Shown in pieces: positions 11,965 through 22,313 of a DNA stretch of 64,000 nt; the stretch's first letter is position 1, and each line of letters starts with the position of its first letter. The notes below the pieces were generated by a model, which did not search any database, was not told the origin of the DNA, and saw nothing but the letters and a program-made list of their open reading frames with translations. A program made the position numbers and the translations under genes. Source of the DNA: Rebecca billardiae RCC1528 (taxonomy: Eukaryota > Protista > Haptophyta); assembly GCA_965240325.2 (NCBI GenBank), contig OZ251235.1:1550001-1614000 (forward strand). The letters run 5' to 3'.

Positions 11965-13961
11965 TGGCCCGCGGTGCAGGGCGGAGCGCGCAGCGTGGAG
12001 CCCGCACCAGCGGGCCCGAACCACGTTTCAAAAAGATCTTTGATCAAGAAAAAAGGGACGGGGGGCGATTTTTAGGGCTGGCGGAGACCGAGTTTCGAGT
12101 TTTTGAGATCGCATAGAGAGGTCTATTAGGCCGAAAATAAGCGCGCCCAGCTGATTCCCTTAAGTAAAGTGCGATCTGGACGTCAGCTGGACGTGACATT
12201 AGTGTAACGGTTCGTTACGAGCGCGATTTTAAGTATGAGATTGCCGCCAACCGCCAACCGATAAAAACGGCAAGGCAAGGGCTCGGGAAATTTGATCACT
12301 TCTAAATGTGAATAGTAAAATGCTCTCCCCGAGCGCGCCTGTCGCCTCGCAGGCCGCGCGTCTCGCTCCCTCTCCCCGAGGCTGAGCTCGCGGCCCGCCT
12401 GTCACCTCGCAGGCGCGCGCCACGGACACATGCGCGACGAGATCGCGGCGGGGGCGGCGAGATCGCGGCGGGGGCGACGGGCAACAACCTGCCCGCGGGC
12501 GCGTTCGTCACTCGAGGAGCAGCGCGCAAGGGCGAGCCGAGTCCGGAGCACGCGAGCTCGTCGCTCGCCGACCGGAGCAGAGCGCGCCGCCCGCCGCCGC
12601 CGAGCGAGCGGCGCGGCAGAGCTGATGAGCCGGATGCGCCCGGAGCTCGCGCGGCTGAAGGGCGAGCTCGAGCACGCGAGCTCGCGCCTCGACGCCGAGC
12701 CCGAGCTCCTCCTCAACTCAGTCGACGGCGGCGCGGAGGTCCGGCAGCAGCGTGAGGACTCACAGACAGTGTGAGTGAGCCGCGCGCAGCTCAGCCTGCC
12801 GCTGGCAGCCGCCGTCTTCGAGGCCGACGCGGCGGAGGAGGCGGCGGGCGACGAGATCGCGGCGGGGGCGGCGAGATCGCGGCGGGGGCGACGGGCAACA
12901 ACCTGCCCGCGGGCGCGTTCGTCACTCGAGGAGCAGCGCGCAAGGGCGAGCCGAGTCCGGAGCACGCGAGCTCGTCGCTCGCCGACCGGAGCAGAGCGCG
13001 CCGCCCGCCGCCGCCGAGCGAGCGGCGCGGCAGAGCTGATGAGCCGGATGCGCCCGGAGCTCGCGCGGCTGAAGGGCGAGCTCGAGCACGCGAGCTCGCG
13101 CCTCGACGCCGAGCGCGAGCTCCTCCTCAACTCGGTCGACGGCGGCGCGGAGGTCCGGCAGCAGCGTGAGGACTCACAGACAGTGTGAGTGAGCCGCGCG
13201 CAGCTCAGCCTGCCGCTGGCAGCCGCCGTCTTCGAGGCCGACGCGGCGGAGGAGGCGGCGGGCGAGCACGGCGGCGCGGTGGAGCAGGCGCGCACGCGCG
13301 GCGGCAGGCGCGACGCGCCGCTCGCCTCGTTCCACCGCCCCGAGCTCCGCTCGGTCGGTCTCGGTGCGCGGCTGCGCAGCCGGCAGGCCGGCGGGCCAGC
13401 AGTCTGCAGTGGCGCGCGCTCTCGCTCTGCCGGCACGAGGCGTGCCGGCTGAGCGACCAGCGGCCCGTCGTCGAGCGCATGGCGCAGGGCGAGTACCTCA
13501 AGCAGGTGCGCCCGCTCGCGCGCACGCGCCGGCTCGCGACCAGCGGCCCTTCGTCGAGCGCATGGCGCAGCGCGAGCACCTTGCAAGCTGAAGCAGGTGC
13601 GCCCGCACGCGCGCACGCGCCGGCCCGGCGCCGCGCGGCGCCTCTCGCCCTCTCGCCCTGCGCGCGCCGCCGCCCCGCTTCCCCGCGCGGCCCGTCCGCG
13701 CCTCTCGCCCTGCGAGCGCGCCGCCCCGCTTCCCCGCGCGGCCCGTCCGCTGGTGTCCCATGCCACCCTTGGCCGTGCGCGCCCGCATACTCGCGCCGAG
13801 TCCGAGACTCGGTCTCGGCCTCGGGTCTGACTCTCCCTCTCAGAGTGGCTGAACTGTCTTTCTGACTCGGACTGACTGACTCGTCAGTCTCATTCTCAAC
13901 CACTGCGCCGCGGGCCCCGAACTGCGTTGGTTCTACGGAAAAGGACCGCGGAACGCGGTCA
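11965..13961 (+). mobile_element. non-autonomous Helitron2/Helentron-like element, copy 1, with duplicated coding-like cargo
   Basis: 5' TGGCCCGCGGTGCAGGGCGG... shared with 20183 and 50604; 3' ...TTCTACGGAAAAGGACCGCGGAACGCGGTCA shared with 21999 and 52229. Confidence 0.8.
12435..13265 (+). repeat. 414-bp near-perfect tandem duplication of a coiled-coil-like coding fragment inside element copy 1
   Basis: CGACGAGATCGCGGCGGGGG starts at 12435 and 12849; near-identical translation in ORFs 12430..12774 and 12775..13188. Confidence 0.9.
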
Positions 13962-14457
13962 TATATTATTCATTCGTCCGTCTTCTTGAACATTAAGAGA
14001 CTGACGGATGAATTTTATTATTATTATATTTGATGACGATATTTTTGGACGACGACCACCAGCAGCAGACAGTCTCAAGTATTAGTGTAGATTCACTTCG
14101 TCGTCAAAGTGCTGCATGCGGTGTGCTGTATTGGCGGTAGTGTACGTATGGGAACACAATGCGCTCTCAGTCAGATGGGCGGCTGCCAGGGTCGGGGAGC
14201 GACACCTGGCGCCGGGCGGAGCGCTGCGTGCGCAGTCGTCGTGCGCGAGCAGTCGTGGCGTGGTGCAGTTTCATGGGCGTGTGAAGGGGCATGGGCGCAG
14301 GGCCCACTGGGAGCTGGGCGCGTGGCCCGCTGCGGGCCGAGCGGGCGGCGGTCGTCGTCGTTGGCGGCGCCCGCGGCCGGCGCGGTGGCTCGTGACGGCG
14401 GGCGGTGGCGTCCGGGCCGGCGCGCTTGCGGCGCAGCGCGGCGCGGCGCGGCGCGCG

Positions 14458-16082
14458 TCACAGCTTGAACTGCTTGGCGGAGCGCCACCAGCGGTTGAAG
14501 CCCGGCACGCGCACGGGCGGCGTCGCCGTCATGGCCACCGGCGGCGGCAGGTGCGTGAGGTTGCCCGCCGTCACCGTGCGGTGGGCGGAGAACCAGATGA
14601 GGCGCGTGATGCGGAACACGTACTCCGCCCAGCCCGGGCACGCGGCGCCAAACTGCGCCATCCACGTGGCGGTGCCGCAGAGCGAGACGCGGACGCGCAG
14701 CCCGCGGAGCATCTCGCCGCGCTGCGCGGCGAGCTGCCGGTGGCACAGCGCGAGCACCACGCCGTACGCCCCCAGGAACCCCGTCGCGTAGTCGATCTGC
14801 GAGACGAGCTGATAGCCGAGCAGTGCCTCGTCCTCGAGCGCGGCGACGCCCGCGCAGAAGTTGGCGTTCTGCTGGAAGCCCTTGCGCCCGGCGAAGGGGC
14901 CGTCGAAGCCGTAGCACGCGACCTGGCAGTACACGAGGTGCGGGCACACGCCGAGCACGTCGTCGATCGCGAAGCCGTGCCGCGCGAGCACGCCGTCCGT
15001 GTACCCGTCGATGAGCACGTCCGCAGCGCGCAGCAACGCCCACAGCCGCGCCTTGCCCGCGTCAGTCTCGAGGTTGAGCTCGTAGCTCAGCTTGCCCGCG
15101 TTGGCCTCCTCGTCGAAGAGGTGGCGGCGCGGCCGCGCGTGCGTGACGATCTTGATCACCGTCGCGCCGTGGTCCACGAGCGAGCGCCCGACCACGGGCG
15201 ACGCGATCACGTGCGAGAAGTCGAGCACCAGCACGTCAGAGAGCGGCCGCGTGACGCTCAGCCCGGTCGGGAGGAGGCGCGCGCCGCCTGGCGTGGGCGT
15301 GTGGCGCACGTCGATGTCGATGAGGGGCGAGGCGAGGACGGCCTTGCCCTGCTCGCTCGCGCGCCACTCGCCCGGCGTGCGGCACAGCGTCGCCGCCAGC
15401 CCCTTCGCCTGCATCGCGCGCTCGAGCTCGGCGCCGTCCCAGCGCGCACAGCCGGCCGCGATCGGGCCAACCTTGGGCTCGCACCCGCCGAAAAAGTCGA
15501 GGATCCCTTGCTTCAGCTTGGGGAAGCCGCCGTGGAGGAAGACGGAGCGGCCGTCGGCGCAGGTGTACGCCTTGCGCACCGGGTTCACCTTGCCCTCCTG
15601 CTCGATCGTCGAGGCGAACCCGTCGCACCCCTCGTACGCGCCCACGCTCGGCGCGACCTTGAGAAAAAGATACGCGCCCGTGGCCAGCCCCGAGTCGGCG
15701 CGCGAGACGCGCACCTGCTGCGCCTCGCCCGTGCGCAGCTCGAAGAGGTCGGCGGCGGCGAGGGCGAGCGCGCCGAGGGCGGCGCCCGCGCCGTGCTCCA
15801 CCGGCAGGTACGTCGGCAGCACCGAGCCGTCGTCGTCGAAGCCGAGGGTCGAGTGCAGGCCCTGGCCGGCGGGCGCGGCCGGCGGCGCGGGCGCGGCCGC
15901 TGACGCGCCGGGTGATTCCTTGCGCGGCAGCGGAGACTGCACGCCGAGCCGCTCGAGCAGCGCGGCGGTGGGCGTGGACTCGGGCGGCGCGGCGGCGCCG
16001 TTGCCGTTCGCGCCGCCGGCGTGCCCGTTCGCGCCCGCGCCGCCACCGCTCGCGCCCGCGCCGCCGCCGTTCGCGCCGCCCG

Positions 16083-16113
<31 letters not shown>

Positions 16114-17490
16114 GCCGCCGCCGCCGCCGCCGCCGACGCTGTCGGTCGCGTGCCGCCCGACGCGGTACTTGAGCAGCTGCTTGGTGGCGGGGTGGTCGAG
16201 GAGGGCGTCGAACGCGCCGGGCTCGCCGTAGTCGAAGAAGCCGTCGCGCCTGTGCGCCTCGTACGTCGCCTTCATCTGCGCGTACTCGCCGAACAGCCGC
16301 CACCACACCCACGCGCGCAGCTTGAAGTCCGCCCACGCGTGCGCGAGGCTCTGCAGCGCGCTCGGCGGCGGCCGCGCGTCCTCCTCGCGCACGAGGTGGA
16401 ACTCGAAGCCGTGCGCGTCGCGCGTGAGCGCGGGGGCGGAGGGCGCGCGCCCGCCGCGCCGCCGCGCCGCCGCGCCGCCGCCGCCGCCTCCAGACCGCGC
16501 GCACAGCGCGAGCAGCGCGCCGAGCACGAGCGCGGCCACGCACGCCTCGTGCACGCGCGTCGCGGAGTAGGAGCGCATCGAGGCGCCGCCCGCCGCGACC
16601 GTGCCCGCGGCGAAGGCGTGCGGGAAGGGGCGCGAGGTGACGCGCGAGGCCTCGCGCGCGGGGACGCGCACAAACTCGAGCAGCTCCTTCCACCCGTGCC
16701 CGCGCGTCACGTCGAACTCGAGTAGGTTCTCCTTGGGGACGATGGATTTGATGAACGCGCTGTGCCGCGCAAAATCGTCCGCCCAGCGCGCGCGCCCGCC
16801 CGTCGGGTCGGGGTCGCCGTAGACGAGCTCGTCCGAGCGGCGCCAGATGTAGCGCAGGTGCGGCAGCTTCTCCAGCTCGAACCCGCCCGCCGGCTGCACC
16901 ACGCCCACAGCGCGGAGCACCGGCCCGACGCGCAGCGTGCGCGAGATGGCCGAGAGAAGCAGCCGGTGCGCCTGCCGCCCCCAGTGGTACAGGTGCGAGG
17001 ACGCGTAGTACTTGTCGTACGAGCGGATCCACGCGCTCACGTCGCGCGTGGTCAGGATGAACTTGGCGTCCGGGTACGCGCGCACGATCTCCGGCGCGAG
17101 CAGCGCGTACCACACGTCCGCGACCGCGTCGACGCGCGGCGAGTCCAGCAGCTTGTGCACGTCAGGGCGAGAGATGCGCCCGGCGAGGTAGTGGCTCCAA
17201 AAGTCGAGGTGGTGCTCGACCGTGTGCTGCGTGTGGTAGACCGACATGTTGAGCATCTCGAGCGCCGCCGCGACCGACGACGTGCCCGTGCGCGAGAGGC
17301 CGACCACCGCGACGAGCGGCCGCGCGCGCGACGGCGCGCGCGCCGACACGTCCGCCACGCTCACATTGGCGGGCAGCGACCAGTCGGATGGCGTCGTGTC
17401 GAGGGCGCGCTCGCCGCTCGAGGTGAGGTAGAGCACCGCGACGAGCGCCGCGATTGCCACGTGGCCGAAGCGCAGGTGCAGAATGAGCAT
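14458..17490 (-). CDS. fusion of membrane-anchored sulfotransferase-like (P-loop) domain and class III CoA-transferase (CaiB/BaiF) domain
   Basis: N-terminal TM; VVGLSRTGTSSVAAALEML, YPDAKFILTTRD..WIRS, VPKENLLEFDV..GWKELLEF; second TM; then PLSDVLVLDFSHVIASPVVGRSLVDHGATVIKI, ADVLIDGY, YGFDGPFAGRKGF, IDYATG. Confidence 0.82.
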
Positions 17491-17798
17491 GCTGCGGCGG
17501 GTCGGGACCAGGGCCACGGGCGCGCTCCGCTGCAGCGCGGACGCAGGATTCTCGCGGTCCAGATGGCGCAGCCGCTGACGTCAGACCGATCATTCATCAA
17601 CTTTCCGGATCTGCGATGTCCGGGCGCGGCCCGTCTCATGTCTTGCCGGAGTCTTGGTTCTCTCCTCCGATTGAACCCCCTTGCTCCGGACTGCGCCGCC
17701 ATCGCACCTCGGCGGGCACACCGCACTCGCGTGAAGCGAGCGATGGCGGAGAGTACCAGCCAGGCACCCGGCTGGCTGATGTGGAGGTCGTGAGCAGC

Positions 17799-19124
17799 AT
17801 GGCGGCGCCCAACGGCACGCGCGGAAACAGCAGCAGCGCCGCGCTGCACCGCTTGGCGACGCTGCTCATCTGGCAGCGCATGCTGCGGCTGCAGACGTAC
17901 GTGCCAGGCGTCGACCTGCAGCTCCTCGACCCGCAGCCCGTCCCGCGCCTCCGTCGGCCGCGCACCATTGGGATCTACTATCAGCAGGAGTTTGCGCTCG
18001 AGGCCGGCGGCGTCGACGGCATTGCGTTCTACCACGAGCTGACAGGCCGGCTGCGCTCCGTGCGCGGCTGCGGTATGCTGCGATCGCTGTACTGGTACAC
18101 GCGCCGCTACCGCGACGTGCACACGTGCCATCGCAGGGCAGCCGTGCCGCACGCGAAGCAGGTGTGGTACGACGTCGACAGGGACGACCCAGCCTTTGCC
18201 AAGCTGCACGGCACGGAGTTCCGGCCGGCGTTCCAGAGGAGCGGCCGGTCGAAGGGCCGGTGGGCGACGGTGCCTCCCACGTGGATCGCTCCGCCCACGT
18301 GGGAGTACAACTACCTCACGCTCGGCAGCACGCTGCGCTGGCCGTTCGACCGGCGGCGGCCGCTCGTCCTCGTCTCCAACAAGTTCACCTCCGAGTGGGC
18401 GCACCCGCCGACCAACTTCATCTCGGTGGCGGAGCTCGAGCGGCTGGCGGGCATGGTCGTCGCGGCGGGCGGCACCCTCGTGTACAACCGCGTGAGCGGC
18501 TCGAAGCTCAAGGGCGTGAAGGAGGACGGGCAGAAGCCGTACGAGCTCGGCGACAAGGCGATGCTCCGGCGGCGGATCGCGGCGCCGCGCAGCGCGTGGG
18601 CGGGGCGCGTGTTCCTGATGGAGGACCTGCTCGAGAGCCTCGGCGCGGAGGTGGCGTCGGCGGGGTACAACGCGCTGCAGCTCGCGCTGATCGGCCTCGC
18701 CGGCTGCACCGTCGCCGTGCAGGGCGGCAACTCGTGGCTCGCCGCCAAGGCGGGCGGGCACATGGTGATCTTCCACCAGCGCGGGACCGAGGTGAACCAG
18801 GCGTACCGGTACACGTTCCCGCTGCTCGGGATGGCGCAGGCGATCACCGTGACGCGCGAGCGGGACGGCGTTGCGGACGAGCTGGGGCGGTTCCTGCACG
18901 CCGGCCGCTGCGTCCGCCACCCGCCCGACCAGCCGAGCGCGTGGGGCGCGAGCGAAGAGCTCGCGGCCGCGTGGGCCACGCCGCCCGCAGACGCGCTCGA
19001 GCGAGTGCTGCGCGCCAACGGCCTCTACTACAGGCAGCTGCAGCGCGTGCCGGAGAACAACCTGAAGGGCCCGGCCGGGCCCACCATGCGCTGGAACGCG
19101 TCGGCCATCGGCTACTACACGTGA
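17799..19124 (+). CDS. uncharacterised protein, possibly glycosyltransferase-like
   Basis: Long ORF with globular composition; YQQEFALE..FYH, LVLVSNKFTSEWAHPPTNFI, LVYNR, YNALQL..AVQGGNSWLAA; function is inference. Confidence 0.6.
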   Translation: MAAPNGTRGNSSSAALHRLATLLIWQRMLRLQTYVPGVDLQLLDPQPVPRLRRPRTIGIYYQQEFALEAGGVDGIAFYHELTGRLRSVRGCGMLRSLYWYTRRYRDVHTCHRRAAVPHAKQVWYDVDRDDPAFAKLHGTEFRPAFQRSGRSKGRWATVPPTWIAPPTWEYNYLTLGSTLRWPFDRRRPLVLVSNKFTSEWAHPPTNFISVAELERLAGMVVAAGGTLVYNRVSGSKLKGVKEDGQKPYELGDKAMLRRRIAAPRSAWAGRVFLMEDLLESLGAEVASAGYNALQLALIGLAGCTVAVQGGNSWLAAKAGGHMVIFHQRGTEVNQAYRYTFPLLGMAQAITVTRERDGVADELGRFLHAGRCVRHPPDQPSAWGASEELAAAWATPPADALERVLRANGLYYRQLQRVPENNLKGPAGPTMRWNASAIGYYT

Positions 19125-19160
19125 TGGCCCGTGCGCACACTGTTGGCTGAGTTCAATCGT

Positions 19161-20053
19161 GGCTCCGGCTTCGGTCCCCCCCCCCCAGTCCGGTCACTGG
19201 AGCCTTACATCTTGACACTGCAATCGGCGGGATCGCCGCCTCTGATCTATGGTACGATCTGGCTCTGGCTTCGGTTGACCCCTGCCTGAGAGACGGGCAC
19301 TGTGTGACCGTGTGAGCTCCTTCATGTAAATCATGAACTGTAGTCACTCGGAGTGAGACACTCGTGAAAACTGCACAGAAGGACCTCAATGGATATGCCT
19401 AGCAGATGATATGCCGATGACTTCAGAGCGATATATTGATGGGCCAATCTGACGAATAACTTCGGGCATTCGCCGATTCGGGGCAACTCACTTCCTCTAT
19501 ACTATAGTTCATCAGCGACTCTATTTTTACTATATATATGCCATGTACCCATTTCAGACTCTGGTCAGAACACGGTCCGGGAGCCGGAGCGATCTACTGA
19601 AAATATGCCACCGGACTGGGTAAATAGCTATGAAAATAGATGAGTCTGAAGTAGCGTCACAAACTGAGTTTCACACCCTGGGCACTTATTGGCCATCCAT
19701 AGCAACCCTACTTGGGGCCCTGTGGGACACTTCGGGTGTTCCGTTCGGCCGCAGGAATGCGAAGATCATTTTCGTCGGTACGCCCGGTTTCTATGACCGG
19801 ACTGGCAGGGGTCAACCGGAGCCAGAGCCTTCTATACAATATATATAGCTATATATATATAGCTATATATATAGTGAAATAGTATCAATTCGGAACCTAT
19901 ATTGCCATTGGGAGATGCTCGGATGCGCCGATGCGATATACTTTTCTCGTTGACCTGGAAGACGACATCGTCCGTGGTCCGCTTGGTTGACTTCAGCTCG
20001 GGGCCAAGACGTACCGGAGCTGGGGGGGGGGTTGGACCGGAGCCGGACGAGCC
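19161..20053. mobile_element. AT-richer MITE-like remnant with degenerate inverted ends
   Basis: GGCTCCGGCTTCGGT-C(n)-AGTCCGGTCAC (19161-19197) is inverted relative to GTACCGGAGCT-G(n)-TTGGACCGGAGCCGG (20011-20046); another partial copy at 19795-19829. Confidence 0.5.
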
Positions 20054-20182
20054 TCGTCATCCGACGATCAGCGCACCATCATCAGCAGCAGACTATACTA
20101 TAGTACCCCCATATATCGTGACAGCTAACTTACTACGCGCGCGCGCACTACGCGCACGCAGTCAAACAGTAGGCATCATTTA

Positions 20183-21999
20183 TGGCCCGCGGTGCAGGGC
20201 GGAGCGCGCAGCGTGGAGCCCGCACCAGCGGGCCCGAACCACGTTTCAAAAAGATCTTTGATCAAGAAAAAGGGACGCGGGGGCCGATTTTTAGGGCTGG
20301 CGGAGACCGAGTTTCGAATTTTGAGACCCTCTCTACAGATGCATCACGGAGAAAAAAACCGCGCCCACGACATTCCCCTAATCAATCGTGGACGGCCGGG
20401 CGTGAGAGTTCACTTCTGTGTGAAGTAGGACGGTTACAAGTCCAATACAAGCGTCAGCTTCTTTGAGGCTATTTTTGCACGTCCTTACGGGATCAGCGAA
20501 GTAACCAACCGATATATATTAGCTTCGTCGGGGTCGTATTCACTACTGGAGAACATTTGCACCGCGCTTCGTATTCATATGTATGGTTCACGCAGGCATA
20601 AAATCGCTTCGTCGGGGTCGTATCCACTATACTGGAGAACATCATTTGCACCGCTTCGTTTTCATACATTGTAATGTATATGGTTCGTGGACTGCTACGG
20701 GGTCGAGCAGAATATCATCGATATTCATCAGGCGCACGTGTGCGTATTCATCATCAGCCTTCGGAAATTGGGAGTAGCTATTGGCCTTTTGCCCTCTGGC
20801 GAGCCAGTTCGGTGCGCACTTGAGCAGGCCTTGAGCAGGCTCGAGGCCACTTTGTTGCGCTCACGTGGACATGATGCCGAGCACGTCAGCTGGCGACGCC
20901 GACGAGGACCGCGCTCGCCGCGTATTGAACGTGCTGCTCGAATCCGGGGCAGTGAAGAAGGTGGCTAAGAGCACGCTCCAGAGCATCGCTGCTGCCATCT
21001 CAGTCGTGAGGCACAAGCAGGACGTGCCCTCTGCGGCGGTGAAGTACAACGTGCCCAAATGGTCGATCTACAACTTCGTTCGCAAGGTCCGCACCGTGCT
21101 GGAGGACGAAGGCGCAATCGGCAGGGGGAGCGCGACGCGACTGATCACCGACTTCACCACGCGCCCCGCAGGCCAGCTCCCTCCCTCCTCCTCACCCGGC
21201 CCAACAGCTGGCAGCCGCTTTGCGGCACTCGCCGCGCTCGACGGGGAAATGCCCGCTGCAGAGAAAGCACAGCCGCAGCGGGGGTGCCCGGCCGGCTCGC
21301 TCAGCCTGCTGGGCACGCTCAACCTAGGCGTCACGTGCTACCTCGGCTCGCTGCTGGTGGCGCTGCTCGCGTGCCCTTCCATCGTCTCGCTCGCCACATC
21401 TGCCGCGGCTGAGCAGTCCACCAACCCCATCGTGTCCCGAGCATGCGCTCGCTGGCGCTCGCGCATGTCAACTGCGAGTGGCCCAGCGAGGTGGGGCCGA
21501 CGCGTAGCTTGCTCGAGCCGCTCCACGACGCGATCGCGGAGGTCTGTCGGTGGACAACGGCGTTTGGGCAGCAGCAGCAGGACGCGTGCGAGGTGCTGTA
21601 CAAAATCATGGGGGCCCTGGCTGGCTGCGACGAGGCGTGCTCATACCTTGGCTTGCTCGAGTGCCTCGGTCAGCAGCTGGCGAGCGAGCAGCCCTCGCAG
21701 CAGCAGCGCGTGCCGACGCCGACGATCTCGCAGCAGCAGCGCGTGCCGACGATCTCAGTCGGCCATGACTTCGACTGTACACAATCGGCGCCTCGCCGGC
21801 GGCTGCGATGGGCCCGCCCGGCCGCGCGGCGGGCGGCGGCGCGGCGGGCGGCGGCGCGCCGCTGAAGTCTACTCGCTGCCGGGCTCGCGGCCGGGCGGGC
21901 CCACTCTCGATCGCGACGGAGGGTGCGACGGAGGGTGCACCGCCACCGCGGGCCCCGAACTACGTTCGTTCTACGGAAAAGGACCGCGGAACGCGGTCA
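20183..21999 (+). mobile_element. Helitron2/Helentron-like element, copy 2, carrying HTH-psq + USP-like ORF
   Basis: same 5' and 3' termini as copies 1 and 3; T/A-rich flanks. Confidence 0.82.
20871..21700 (+). pseudogene. frameshifted, truncated HTH-psq + ubiquitin-specific protease (C19)-like ORF
   Basis: AAAISVVRHKQDVPSAAVKYNVPKWSIYNFVRK (pipsqueak-type HTH); Cys box GTLNLGVTCYLGSLLVAL at about 21312-21365; QQQQDACEVL box in the next frame (ORF 21443..21865); no His box visible. Confidence 0.68.
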
Positions 22000-22313
22000 T
22001 ATATAATTTACTGCTTATAGTCGCGTATATACGTAGCTCGTTACTTCCGCGCGATGACGACGACGATGATGACATCAGTCGTCGCCGCAACTATCAGCTA
22101 GCGGCCGCAGCGGCCGGCATCCGCCCGGGCGTCGTCGTCGTTGTCGTCGTTGCTCGCCACCTTTGATGATGACGATGACTAATAACTACGGCTCGTCGGT
22201 CGCGGCCAGTTTGAGTTGTGAGTTGACCACACAGTCGGGCGGAGCTCTCCGACGACTCGTCGGGTCGTCCTGAGTATATAGAATCGTCGTTCATCATTCA
22301 GTCATCATCATGA

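Noticed and set aside
11965-13961. LTR/solo-LTR or DDE TIR transposon interpretation of the TG...CA ends
   Set aside because: No TSD, PBS or PPT seen, interiors differ between copies and the inverted repeat is asymmetric; hairpin ends fit rolling-circle elements better
14458-15900. Calling the CoA-transferase domain DddD (DMSP lyase)
   Set aside because: The region is only ~470 aa, shorter than the two-domain DddD, and substrate cannot be read from the sequence
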